NCBI GenBank assembly: GCA_034421575.1
Contig: DAOUKG010000023.1
Span: 40,845-104,844 of the forward strand
Reading direction: 5' to 3'
DNA: 64,000 bases
Source of the DNA: Dehalococcoidia bacterium
GTDB lineage: Bacteria > Chloroflexota > Dehalococcoidia > Lucifugimonadales > VXLM01
The translations under genes were made by a program, and so were the position numbers. Under the pieces are notes generated by a model, which saw nothing but the letters and a program-made list of their open reading frames with translations, ran no database searches and was not told where the DNA came from. Below, piece after piece: positions 35,732 to 44,005 of the stretch. The stretch's first letter is position 1. Every line of letters starts with the position of its first letter.

Positions 35732-36265
35732 ATGAAAACCAACAACCGCCCTATATGGGGCTTCCCGGCAGAACTGTCGTATCTCGCGCTTTTCAGCTTG
35801 TTGGTTGTGTCGGGAGTCGCATTTCGGATATGGTACGAGACTGACCGCCGGGTGACCGACGACGGTTGGGATACCGTCGTTGAGATTATCGTAGGCACGG
35901 GACAAATCGGTTTAGCAGCGGCAACGTGTACTGCCGGTATAGCAGCGATATCGGAGGTCATAATGATTGTTTCAGAACGATATAAGGCAAGACGGTATGC
36001 TGAGGGCCGTGCTGAAGGCCGCGCTGAGGGCCGTGTCGAGGGGCTTGCCGACGGAGTGGAAAGAGCAATTCGGCAGACAGCCGAGGAGATTAGCCAGGGT
36101 GTCGAGGTACAGATCGACACTTCTCAGTGGTTTTCCCGTGACGTTATGAGAGTGGTCATCAAAAGAGGCGAGAGCAGGACGGAGGCCTTTGAAGTGACGA
36201 TGGAACAGGCGCTCTCTTCGCGGCTGCACCCTTTGCTAAAAGACCGAATCGAGTCTTTGAACTAG
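35732..36265 (+). CDS. Hypothetical membrane protein with EGRAEGRAEGRVEG repeat
   Basis: Two hydrophobic helices, then YAEGRAEGRAEGRVEGLADG and a charged helical tail. Coding status rests on ORF length and position only. Confidence 0.45.
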   Translation: MKTNNRPIWGFPAELSYLALFSLLVVSGVAFRIWYETDRRVTDDGWDTVVEIIVGTGQIGLAAATCTAGIAAISEVIMIVSERYKARRYAEGRAEGRAEGRVEGLADGVERAIRQTAEEISQGVEVQIDTSQWFSRDVMRVVIKRGESRTEAFEVTMEQALSSRLHPLLKDRIESLN

Positions 36266-36274
36266 ACTATAGAC

Positions 36275-37255
36275 GTGGCAACCAGCGTGACCGATTCACG
36301 CCAAACACTGACCGAGTACGTCGACTCCGCATGGGGCGACGACCCTGCATACGAGGGCTTGGCCCAGGTAGTAGCGGCCATCGCCGATGGAACGCGACTC
36401 GTCCAGGCGAAAGTGCAGGCGGCGGCCATCGCGGACGTGCTCGGAACGACGGGCGACGTCAACGTGCAGGGCGAAGTCGTCCAGATCCTCGATGAGCAGA
36501 GCTCCGACATCTTCGTAGAAGTCCTGTCCAAGTCGGGTGCCGTTGCCGCGGTCGGCTCCGAGGAGATCGAGGAGGGCGTCATCGTCGGGCATGGAGACGC
36601 GCAACGGTACGTTGTCCTCATGGACCCTCTCGACGGCTCGTCCAACATCGACGTTGCCGTGAGCATCGGCTCGATATTCGGGATATGGAAGCGTGAGCCC
36701 GGCGAGGCCGTGACGGCAGACTCCATGCTGAGCCCGGGCAGCAAGCAGATCGCGGCGGTCTACGCCGTGTACGGTTCGAGCACGGTCTTCGTCGTCGCGA
36801 CGGCGGCGGGAGTGCAGGGGTTCACCCTTGACTCGGAGACCGGCGGATTCGAGCTAACGCACCCCGGCATCACCTTCCCCGCGAAGTGCCAGTACTACAG
36901 CGTGCCGGACGGCTACTACCAGAACTGGGACGATCCGACACGCGCCGCCGCGATCATGCTGCGGGACGGCTACTCGCTCCGGTACGTCGGCTCCCTCGTG
37001 GCAGACTTCCATCGCAATCTTCTCAAGGGCGGCATATTCTGGTACCCGGCGGACGACAAGTCGCCCAACGGCAAGCTCAGGCTGATGTACGAGGCCAACC
37101 CCCTCGGATTCGTCGCGGAGCAGGCGGGAGGGGCCGCGTCGTCGGGACGCGAACGCATATTGGATATTCAACCTGCGGCTCTCCACCAGCGGGTGCCCCT
37201 GATGCTGGGCCCTGCGGACGTGGTGGAGAAGACCGTGTCGATTCTCAACTCGTGA
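36275..37255 (+). CDS. fbp: Fructose-1,6-bisphosphatase class 1
   Basis: DPLDGSSNIDVAVSIGSIFGI, YGSSTVFV, GGIFWYPAD...GKLRLMYEANPLGFVAEQAGG. Confidence 0.92.
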   Translation: MATSVTDSRQTLTEYVDSAWGDDPAYEGLAQVVAAIADGTRLVQAKVQAAAIADVLGTTGDVNVQGEVVQILDEQSSDIFVEVLSKSGAVAAVGSEEIEEGVIVGHGDAQRYVVLMDPLDGSSNIDVAVSIGSIFGIWKREPGEAVTADSMLSPGSKQIAAVYAVYGSSTVFVVATAAGVQGFTLDSETGGFELTHPGITFPAKCQYYSVPDGYYQNWDDPTRAAAIMLRDGYSLRYVGSLVADFHRNLLKGGIFWYPADDKSPNGKLRLMYEANPLGFVAEQAGGAASSGRERILDIQPAALHQRVPLMLGPADVVEKTVSILNS

Positions 37256-37277
37256 GTACAGTGAGGAAGGAGCGGGC

Positions 37278-38309
37278 ATGAACCTTCAAGACATGATCGA
37301 CGTAGCGCAGGCCATCGTAGCGCCGGGCAAGGGCATCCTGGCGGCGGACGAGAGCGACAGCACCATCAAGCGGCGCTTCGATTCCATCGGCGTCGAGTCG
37401 ACGTTCGAGAACCGCCGCGACTACCGCGAGGGCCTGTTCCGCACGGCGGGCGCGGACGAGTTCATCAGCGGCGTCATCCTGTACGACGAGACGCTCCGAC
37501 AGGACGGCGCGGACGGAACGTCTCTCGTCGAGGTCCTGTCGAGTCAGGGCATCATCCCCGGCATCAAGGTGGACAAGAGCACGAAGCCGCTGGCGGGCGC
37601 AGACGGCGAACTCATCACCGAAGGTCTCGACGGTCTGCGCGACCGGCTCGCGGAATATGCCGACCTAGGCGCGAAGTTCACCAAGTGGCGGGCGGTCATC
37701 ACCATCGGCGACGGCATACCCACCCGTCGCTGCATCGAGGCGAACGCCCAGGCCCTCGCCCGGTTCGCGACACTGAGCCAGGAGGCCGGACTCGTGCCCA
37801 TCGTCGAGCCGGAGGTCCTCATGGACGGCGACCACGACATCGACACCTGCTACGAGGTCACGACCGACACCCTGCGCGAGGTCTACTACGAGCTTGGCAC
37901 TCATCGCGTCGCGCTGGAGGGCACCCTGCTCAAGCCGAATATGGTCCTCTCCGGCAAGGACGCTTCAAACCGCGCCGACCCCGAGCAGGTCGCGGAGATG
38001 ACGGTGCAGTGTTTCCTGAACACCGTTCCCGCCGCCGTGCCGGGCGTCGTGTTCCTGTCGGGCGGGCAGTCCGACGACGAGGCCACGGTCAACCTCGACG
38101 CCATCAACCGCTATGCCGCGTCCTGCGGAGCGCCGTGGGAGCTGAGCTTCTCCTACGGTCGCGGTCTGCAGGCTGCGCCCCTCAAGGCGTGGAACGGCGT
38201 TGCCGCGAACATCCCGGCGGCGCAGGCAGCCTACTACCATCGCGCGAAGGTAACGTCAGCCGCCCGGCGCGGCGAGTACACCGCCGAGATGGAAGAGGCG
38301 GCGGACTAA
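37278..38309 (+). CDS. Fructose-bisphosphate aldolase class I
   Basis: GKGILAADESDSTIKRRF, GIKVDKS, LLKPNMV (Schiff-base lysine region) and VVFLSGGQS. Confidence 0.92.
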   Translation: MNLQDMIDVAQAIVAPGKGILAADESDSTIKRRFDSIGVESTFENRRDYREGLFRTAGADEFISGVILYDETLRQDGADGTSLVEVLSSQGIIPGIKVDKSTKPLAGADGELITEGLDGLRDRLAEYADLGAKFTKWRAVITIGDGIPTRRCIEANAQALARFATLSQEAGLVPIVEPEVLMDGDHDIDTCYEVTTDTLREVYYELGTHRVALEGTLLKPNMVLSGKDASNRADPEQVAEMTVQCFLNTVPAAVPGVVFLSGGQSDDEATVNLDAINRYAASCGAPWELSFSYGRGLQAAPLKAWNGVAANIPAAQAAYYHRAKVTSAARRGEYTAEMEEAAD

Positions 38310-38344
38310 GAGTCCTGTTTCATAAGTTCGCCACGTAATTCAGA

Positions 38345-38785
38345 GCACCCTTCGACAAGCTCAGAGCTTGCCCCGTACCTGATACGGGGGTGAACGGGAT
38401 AGTCAAAATACGTTCGTGGTGAGCTTGTCGAACCACGAAGAGCAGGTCTAACAAGACAACCAATTACTGTAAGGGACTTGCGAAACGGGACACTAGGACG
38501 GCTCACACCCAACCGCCCTAGACGACACCCCCGATATCTCCCTCCGTAACTATTCAGACTTCGTGAGAGCGCACAACGCACACTACCACCGCCATACCCG
38601 CGAAGGGAGTCCTTTGCACAACCTTCGTCATTCCCGCGAAGGCGGGAATCCAGAGACGTCTGCAAAGCTGGGAGATGCCCACACACTAACAATCTCTCAG
38701 CGGGAGAGGGGTTACGCAAATCTCTCCGAAGGCGGGTATCCATAGGGGTGAGGAGTGTTCACCCCCATCAATTCTGAGCAAAGGC
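38345..38785. repeat. REP-like module array
   Basis: cccttcgacaagctcagagcttgccccgtacctgatacgggggtgaacggg followed by cgttcgtggtgagcttgtcgaaccacgaa. The same two modules occur in the opposite order at 43306-43399. There is also gtcattcccgcgaaggcgggaatccag and a gtgttcaccccc...tctgagc module. Confidence 0.9.
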
Positions 38786-38791
38786 CCCCCT

Positions 38792-39394
38792 ATGCAAAAA
38801 ATCCTGATCGCGACCCACAACGCGGGCAAGCTCAGGGAGTTCTCCTCGATGTTCGCGCGGACGCCGTTCGAGTTGGTCTCCTTGTCCGATGTCGGCATCG
38901 ACGTGGACGTGGATGAGACAGGGACCACTTACGCGGAGAACGCCACACTCAAGGCGGTGACTTATGCCAAGCTGAACGGCCTCCCCACCCTCGCCGACGA
39001 CTCGGGGCTGGAGGTCGACGGCCTCGACGGGGAGCCGGGTGTGCGCTCGGCCCGTTACGCGGGCGAGGACGCCAACGACGACGACCGCATTGCATTCCTG
39101 CTTCAAAAGCTGAACAATATACCTAGGGAGAAGTGGACGGCCCGATTCCGGTGCGTCATCGCCCTGACCCGACCGGACGGTCCGGTTGAACTGTACGAGG
39201 GTCGGTGCGAGGGCGTCATAACCGACAGACCGAGGGGAGCATCGGGATTCGGCTACGATCCCCTCTTCTACATCCCGGAGATGAACAGGACGATGGCCGA
39301 ACTGTCCTTCGACGAGAAGAACGGCGTGAGCCACCGGGGACGCGCAAGCCAGTCGGTGATCTCGGCCCTTCGCGGTCGAGACTGGCAGGTGTGA
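38792..39394 (+). CDS. rdgB: Non-canonical purine NTP pyrophosphatase (dITP/XTP)
   Basis: ILIATHNAGKLREF, DDSGLEVDGLDGEPGVRSARYAG, GFGYDPLFY and SHRGRA. Confidence 0.92.
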   Translation: MQKILIATHNAGKLREFSSMFARTPFELVSLSDVGIDVDVDETGTTYAENATLKAVTYAKLNGLPTLADDSGLEVDGLDGEPGVRSARYAGEDANDDDRIAFLLQKLNNIPREKWTARFRCVIALTRPDGPVELYEGRCEGVITDRPRGASGFGYDPLFYIPEMNRTMAELSFDEKNGVSHRGRASQSVISALRGRDWQV

Positions 39395-39527
39395 TAAGGG
39401 ACCGGAGCAGGAAAACGTGCAGTCAACCACAAATGCTTACCAATTTACCCCCTCTCCCTTGAGGGAGAGGGCTGGGGTGAGGGTGAATACTCACCCCGGT
39501 CGATCCGTCAGGACTCCCGACTGAACC

Positions 39528-40553
39528 ATGACACCCACGACCGTACACGACACATACAACCGGCCCCTGCGGGACGTTCGCGTTTCCGTGACGGACCGGT
39601 GCAATTTCCGCTGCCCGTACTGCATGCCGGCGGAAATATTCGGCGAGCGCTACAAGTTCCTGCCGCGCGAGGAGCTGCTGACGTTCGAGGAGATCGTGCG
39701 GCTGGTGGGCATCTTCGTGGACCTGGGCGCGGTGAAGGTCCGGCTGACGGGCGGAGAGCCGCTGGTTCGCAAGAACATCGAGTCGCTCGTCGAGCAGCTT
39801 GCCGGGGTGGACGGCATCGAAGACCTCACCATGACGACGAACGCCTACCTGCTCCCGTCGATGGCGCAGACCCTGAAGGACGCCGGGCTGCAGCGGGTGA
39901 CCATCAGCCTTGACAGCCTCGACGACGAGGTGTTCCGCAAGATGAACGGGCGCAACTTCGGCGTCGACACTGTGCTCAAGGGCCTCGAGGCGGCTGAGCG
40001 CGTCGGCCTGACGCCGATCAAGATCAACGCCGTCGTGCAGCGCGGCATGAACGACCACACCCTCGTCGACATGGCGCGGTACTTCAAGGAGCGGGGCCAT
40101 ATCCTCCGCTTCATCGAGTACATGGACGTGGGCACCCTCAACGGCTGGCGCATGGACGACGTGGTGCCCGCCAGCCAAATCGTCTCCATGATCAACGCCG
40201 AGCTCCCCCTCGAACCCATCGAGGCTAACTACCACGGCGAGGTCGCAAGGCGTTACCGCTACAAGGACGGCGCCGGCGAGATCGGCGTCATCGCGTCCGT
40301 CACCCAGCCCTTCTGCGGCGATTGCACGAGACTCCGCCTCTCCCCTGAGGGCAGCATCGTCACCTGCCTCTTCGCCAACGTCGGTACCGACCTGCGCGGC
40401 CCCCTGCGCGCCGGAGCGTCCGACGCCGACATCGCGGAGATCATCACCCGCCGCTGGCGCATCCGCGACGACCGCTACTCCGAAGACCGCGCCTCCATGA
40501 CCGACGACCTCCGCACCCGCGAAAAAGTGGAGATGTACCACATCGGCGGGTAG
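39528..40553 (+). CDS. moaA: GTP 3',8-cyclase (molybdenum cofactor biosynthesis protein A)
   Basis: Radical-SAM CNFRCPYCMP, RLTGGEPL, and the C-terminal cluster motif CGDCTRLRLSPEG. Confidence 0.93.
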   Translation: MTPTTVHDTYNRPLRDVRVSVTDRCNFRCPYCMPAEIFGERYKFLPREELLTFEEIVRLVGIFVDLGAVKVRLTGGEPLVRKNIESLVEQLAGVDGIEDLTMTTNAYLLPSMAQTLKDAGLQRVTISLDSLDDEVFRKMNGRNFGVDTVLKGLEAAERVGLTPIKINAVVQRGMNDHTLVDMARYFKERGHILRFIEYMDVGTLNGWRMDDVVPASQIVSMINAELPLEPIEANYHGEVARRYRYKDGAGEIGVIASVTQPFCGDCTRLRLSPEGSIVTCLFANVGTDLRGPLRAGASDADIAEIITRRWRIRDDRYSEDRASMTDDLRTREKVEMYHIGG

Positions 40554-40619
40554 GGGGTGTTATATCATCATGGGTTGGAACAAGATAATTGAGCTAAACA
40601 ACTCTGTTGGAGTTAGATC

Positions 40620-41312
40620 ATGACGCAGAGCGTCAACACCAAGCGCATTGTGTGCCTCGCTAACTCACGCAAAAGGGGTGGTCGCTGTATCGCTGGCAAA
40701 GAAATTCTGGAGGACGGTCGTCCTGGCGGATGGGTTCGGCCTGTGAGTGACCGAGAAAATGAGGGCGTGAAGGAATGCGAACGACAGTATGGGGACGGAA
40801 GTGAGCCTAGAGTCCTTGATGTCGTTGACGTGCCAGTTCTAAGGCCGATGCCTAAGGATTACCAACATGAAAACTGGCAACTTAACCCGAAACGCCGTTG
40901 GGTTAAAGTCGGCTGTGTTGATCAGAATGTTCTATCGCAGTGTGTCGATACAGATGAGACACTTTGGACTAATGGATATAGCACTATCAATGGGTTGAAT
41001 GATCAGATTCCGCTTCTTGCCGCCAAATCTCTTAAGAGCTCGTTACGACTCATCAGGGTTGACAGGATGAAGTTATCAGTCTTTCAACCCGGTAAGAATT
41101 TTGGAGACTATAGACGGCGTGTGCAGGGTCGTTTTCGTTATAGGGGAACTGATTACTGGCTATGGGTTACGGATTCTAATTACGAAGGGCAGTACTTGCA
41201 GCGACCCAACGGTAGTTATCCGATTGGCGGGTGCTTTCTTACCGTCAGTCTTGGTGGGTCTCATAGGGATAATAACTCTTATAAACTTGTCGCCGCTATC
41301 ATTAGACCATGA
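40620..41312 (+). CDS. Hypothetical protein (230 aa), first gene of the low-GC three-gene island
   Basis: ATG 7 nt after GGAG. N-terminal motif RIVCLANSRKRGGRCIAGKE...GGWVRPVS, then two beta-rich halves. I cannot assign it to a named family from memory. GC is clearly lower than in the flanks. Confidence 0.7.
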   Translation: MTQSVNTKRIVCLANSRKRGGRCIAGKEILEDGRPGGWVRPVSDRENEGVKECERQYGDGSEPRVLDVVDVPVLRPMPKDYQHENWQLNPKRRWVKVGCVDQNVLSQCVDTDETLWTNGYSTINGLNDQIPLLAAKSLKSSLRLIRVDRMKLSVFQPGKNFGDYRRRVQGRFRYRGTDYWLWVTDSNYEGQYLQRPNGSYPIGGCFLTVSLGGSHRDNNSYKLVAAIIRP

Positions 41313-41325
41313 TAGAGGAGCATCA

Positions 41326-41961
41326 TTGAGCTTCACGCAGTATCCAGTGCTTACGATCGGCCATTCAAATCATTCTCCAGAGATGTTCTTAGAATTATTG
41401 TCTCGGCACGACGTAAGTGAAGTAGTGGACGTTCGATCGTCGCCACAAAGCCGCTATACTCCCCAGTTTAACTATAATATCCTGACCGAAATACTGGACG
41501 AAGTTGGAATCGGCTATGTGTTTTTGGGCGGAGAACTTGGCGGTAGACCGGTGGACCGCTCGTGCTACGATGACGAAGGGCGCGTCCTGTACGACCGTCT
41601 AGCAGACACGGATTTGTTCAATGATGGCATCGGACGGCTAATACGGGAAGCCGATGAATGCCGTATGGCCTTGATGTGTACTGAGAATGAACCGCTAATT
41701 TGCCACCGCGCGTTGCTGATCGCCAAGACGCTCGCAGAACGCGACGTTGCAGTTGAGCACATCCTGGCCGATGGCAGCCTTGAAAAGCACGCCATCACTA
41801 TGGGTCGACTGTTGGATAGTTTCAATTTACCGCACAACGGCGACCTGTTTCGCTCACCAGATGAGGTGCTCGCAGATGCGATAGCCCGACAGGCGAAGAA
41901 AATAGCGTATGTGGGTAACAGACAACCCGCTTACAAAGAAGATTGGGAGAATGTCCATTGA
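41326..41961 (+). CDS. DUF488 domain protein (long form with ~60-aa C-terminal extension)
   Basis: TTG start 5 nt after GAGGAG and 13 nt after the upstream stop. VLTIGHSNHS...VVDVRSSPQSRYTPQFN...LMCTENEPLICHRALL is the DUF488 signature (TIGHS ... C-x-E-x5-CHR). Confidence 0.8.
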   Translation: MSFTQYPVLTIGHSNHSPEMFLELLSRHDVSEVVDVRSSPQSRYTPQFNYNILTEILDEVGIGYVFLGGELGGRPVDRSCYDDEGRVLYDRLADTDLFNDGIGRLIREADECRMALMCTENEPLICHRALLIAKTLAERDVAVEHILADGSLEKHAITMGRLLDSFNLPHNGDLFRSPDEVLADAIARQAKKIAYVGNRQPAYKEDWENVH

Positions 41962-42395
41962 GAGTGTACACAATCGGGTTCACTAAAATATCGGCCTCAG
42001 ATTTCTTCGAAATATTACGGGAGTCAGGTGCTAAACGTCTAGTGGATGTCCGACTGAACAATGTTTCACAGTTGGCCGGCTTTGCTAAAAGAGACGATCT
42101 TGAGTACTTTCTCCAAAAACTCTCCCGGATGAAATACATTCACATGCCGGAATTAGCACCTACAAAGGAGATGCTGGACGCTTACCGGAATGATCATCGC
42201 GACTGGGGCATTTACGAGCGTGAGTTCATCGACCTAATGAATCAGCGTCGAATTGAGAAGATGGGGATAAAGAGAATCATTTCCAACAGCTGCCTGCTGT
42301 GTAGCGAGGATAAACCCGACAATTGTCATCGCCGGCTGGTCGCAGAGTATCTAAACAGATATTGGGGTGATATTGAAATCGTACACTTGGGCTGA
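41958..42395 (+). CDS. DUF488 domain protein (second, divergent subfamily)
   Basis: The TTG start overlaps the upstream TGA (TTGA at 41958-41961), with GGGAGA 8 nt upstream. RVYTIGFTKISASDFFEILRESGAKRLVDVRLNNVSQLAGFAKRDDLEYFL...CLLCSEDKPDNCHRRLVAEYL. Confidence 0.8.
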   Translation: MRVYTIGFTKISASDFFEILRESGAKRLVDVRLNNVSQLAGFAKRDDLEYFLQKLSRMKYIHMPELAPTKEMLDAYRNDHRDWGIYEREFIDLMNQRRIEKMGIKRIISNSCLLCSEDKPDNCHRRLVAEYLNRYWGDIEIVHLG

Positions 42396-42423
42396 TTTAC
42401 CAAATTCGCCCTCGTGCCACCCC

Positions 42424-42681
42424 TCACTTCGGCAACCCGCGCTCGTCGTATAGCAAATCGCCGTGATCAACAGCCGGTGGCCCATCACGCAACATCCTAG
42501 CCGTACGCTCACTGATAGCCCGCATCGCCTTTAGGCGCTCTTCCACAGTGCGCTCACGTCTCACCCGCTCCAACCGCTCCCTGAGCGCGACAGTGATCGC
42601 ATCCGTAACCGTCTCGCCGGTAAGATTTGCTAGCTCGTCAGCCAGCCGTATGGTCTCTTGGTCTTCGATTTTGAGGCTCAC
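42424..42681 (-). CDS. vapB: VapB-family antitoxin (Rv0623/PSK-transcription-factor-like), with no cognate toxin gene downstream
   Basis: GTG start at 42681. SLKIEDQETIRLADELANLTGETVTDAITVALRERLERV...LLYDERGLPK parallels M. tuberculosis VapB30 as I remember it (...GETLTEAV..ALRERL...YDERGLPA). The longer ORF to 42813 is rejected. Confidence 0.85.
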   Translation of the reverse strand: MSLKIEDQETIRLADELANLTGETVTDAITVALRERLERVRRERTVEERLKAMRAISERTARMLRDGPPAVDHGDLLYDERGLPK

Positions 42682-42806
42682 AGGATCGCCCTTCTGGTGG
42701 AATTTCAATAGCCATATCCAACATACGTCGTCCCAAACGCCTACGGCAACGTTATCCCCGCCGGCTGCGGTATCATATCCCCACCCCACACAAGGACCCC
42801 CACCAC

Positions 42807-43268
42807 ATGCCAAAGACCATCTACCTCGCCAATCCTTACGGGTTCTCCACGCAGCAGAAGGCGAAGCTTCTCCCGCCGTTGATTGCGGTGTTGGAGGGGC
42901 TTGGGTTGGAGGTGTGGGAGCCGTTTGAGCGGAACAACCAGATCGACTTCGCGAAGGCTGGATGGGCCTACCGCATCGGGCAGGCCGACTTCCGTGACGT
43001 GGCCGAGTCGGACGCCATCTTCGCCGTCGTCAACGGCGTTCCCCCGGACGAGGGCGTGATGGTGGAGCTGGGCATGGCCATTGCCCTGGGGAAGCCGACG
43101 TTCCTGTTCCGAGACGACTTCCGCCGCGTCGTCGAGAGCGAGGAGTACCCCCTGAACCTGATGCTGTTCACCGGCCTGCCCGAGCACGGCTGGGAGGACT
43201 ACTACTACACCTCGCTGGACGAGATACCCTCGCCGGACAAGGCCCTCGCGCGGTGGGCGAAGAGCTAG
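42807..43268 (+). CDS. Nucleoside 2-deoxyribosyltransferase family protein
   Basis: IYLANPYGFS...DAIFAVVNG..PDEGVMVELGMAIALGKPTFLF is the catalytic-Glu-containing NDT/Rcl-like signature. Confidence 0.8.
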   Translation: MPKTIYLANPYGFSTQQKAKLLPPLIAVLEGLGLEVWEPFERNNQIDFAKAGWAYRIGQADFRDVAESDAIFAVVNGVPPDEGVMVELGMAIALGKPTFLFRDDFRRVVESEEYPLNLMLFTGLPEHGWEDYYYTSLDEIPSPDKALARWAKS

Positions 43269-43305
43269 CCAGAACCTATGAGGGTGTCCAATAAGCCGCC
43301 CAAGA

Positions 43306-43399
43306 CCGTTCGTGGTGAGCTTGTCGAACCATGAACGTCCCCGCACGCCCTTCGACAGGCTCAGAGCTTGCCCCGTACTTGATACGGGGGTGAACGGGA
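43306..43399. repeat. REP-like modules (order reversed relative to 38345-38443)
   Basis: cgttcgtggtgagcttgtcgaaccatgaacg ... cccttcgacaggctcagagcttgccccgtacttgatacgggggtgaacggg. Confidence 0.9.
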
Positions 43400-43406
43400 C
43401 TCCTTC

Positions 43407-43561
43407 TAGGTTGTGTTGACATTCTTGGAATTCTCATTGTTATCCGCGATCAATTCGTCATTCCCGCGAAAGCGGGAATCCAGAGTCGGGTACACATATA
43501 CTCTCTATGAGGAATAGATTCCCGCTTTCGCGGGAATGACGGGAAATGTCAACACAACCTA
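43407..43561 (-). mobile_element. MITE copy C (151 bp plus TA flanks), inverted relative to copies A and B
   Basis: TA|ggttgtgttgacattcttggaattctcattgttatccgcgatcaa...cgggaaatgtcaacacaacc|TA. Confidence 0.9.
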
Positions 43562-43579
43562 AACACCCTCTGAGTGCAA

Positions 43580-44005
43580 CTACTGCCAGACCGACAGCAT
43601 CACTCCGATGATGGAGTACGATATCACCGGGTATCCGCTGTTGATGAGGAAGAGCTTGATGCTGCGCCCCTCGAAGCTGTAGGTCGTTGCGTACGAAGTC
43701 GCGATGAATCCGACCGACGCGATCAGGCCGAGGATGAGTCCGCAGAGGACGTTGTCGGATGCCATGCCCTGGACCAGCACCGCGAGACCCGTGGTGAAGA
43801 TGAGCGCGCCCACGATGGCTACGACGTAGGGGTACCACTGGCGGGAAGTCCCCTTCATGGCCTCCAGGTCCTCCGCCGTGAAGCCGACTTCCGCCATCCA
43901 CGGCTTGCCCAACGCCCCGTACCACGCCGCGCCGAGGGCCTGGTTGATGATGACCCCGACGATGATCGCCAGGTAGTTCAAGCTCCCAAGGTCGATATTG
44001 TCCAT
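43580..44005 (-). CDS. DUF1761 family membrane protein
   Basis: Starts at the ATG at 44005 (MDNIDLGSLNYLAIIVGVIINQALGAAWYGALGKPWM...). Four hydrophobic helices. The pattern matches my memory of DUF1761. Confidence 0.7.
   Translation of the reverse strand: MDNIDLGSLNYLAIIVGVIINQALGAAWYGALGKPWMAEVGFTAEDLEAMKGTSRQWYPYVVAIVGALIFTTGLAVLVQGMASDNVLCGLILGLIASVGFIATSYATTYSFEGRSIKLFLINSGYPVISYSIIGVMLSVWQ

Noticed and set aside
35732-36265. EGRAEGRAEGRVEG repeat as an indicator of an Rpn/PD-(D/E)XK transposase-like (DUF4351-type) gene.
   Set aside because: Only the short repeat resembles those proteins. The rest is two TM helices and a charged tail, with no nuclease motifs.
39395-39527. Molybdenum-cofactor riboswitch upstream of moaA.
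   Set aside because: The spacer is dominated by the ctctccc/gggagag-ggctggggtgaggg repeat module seen in unrelated intergenic regions. No Moco-motif features are recognisable. An Rfam scan would be the decisive test.
40554-42423. Direct repeats or an integrase/tRNA att site flanking the low-GC island, as evidence for site-specific integration.
   Set aside because: I found no flanking direct repeats, integrase, transposase or tRNA gene at either junction. The mechanism of acquisition therefore remains unknown.
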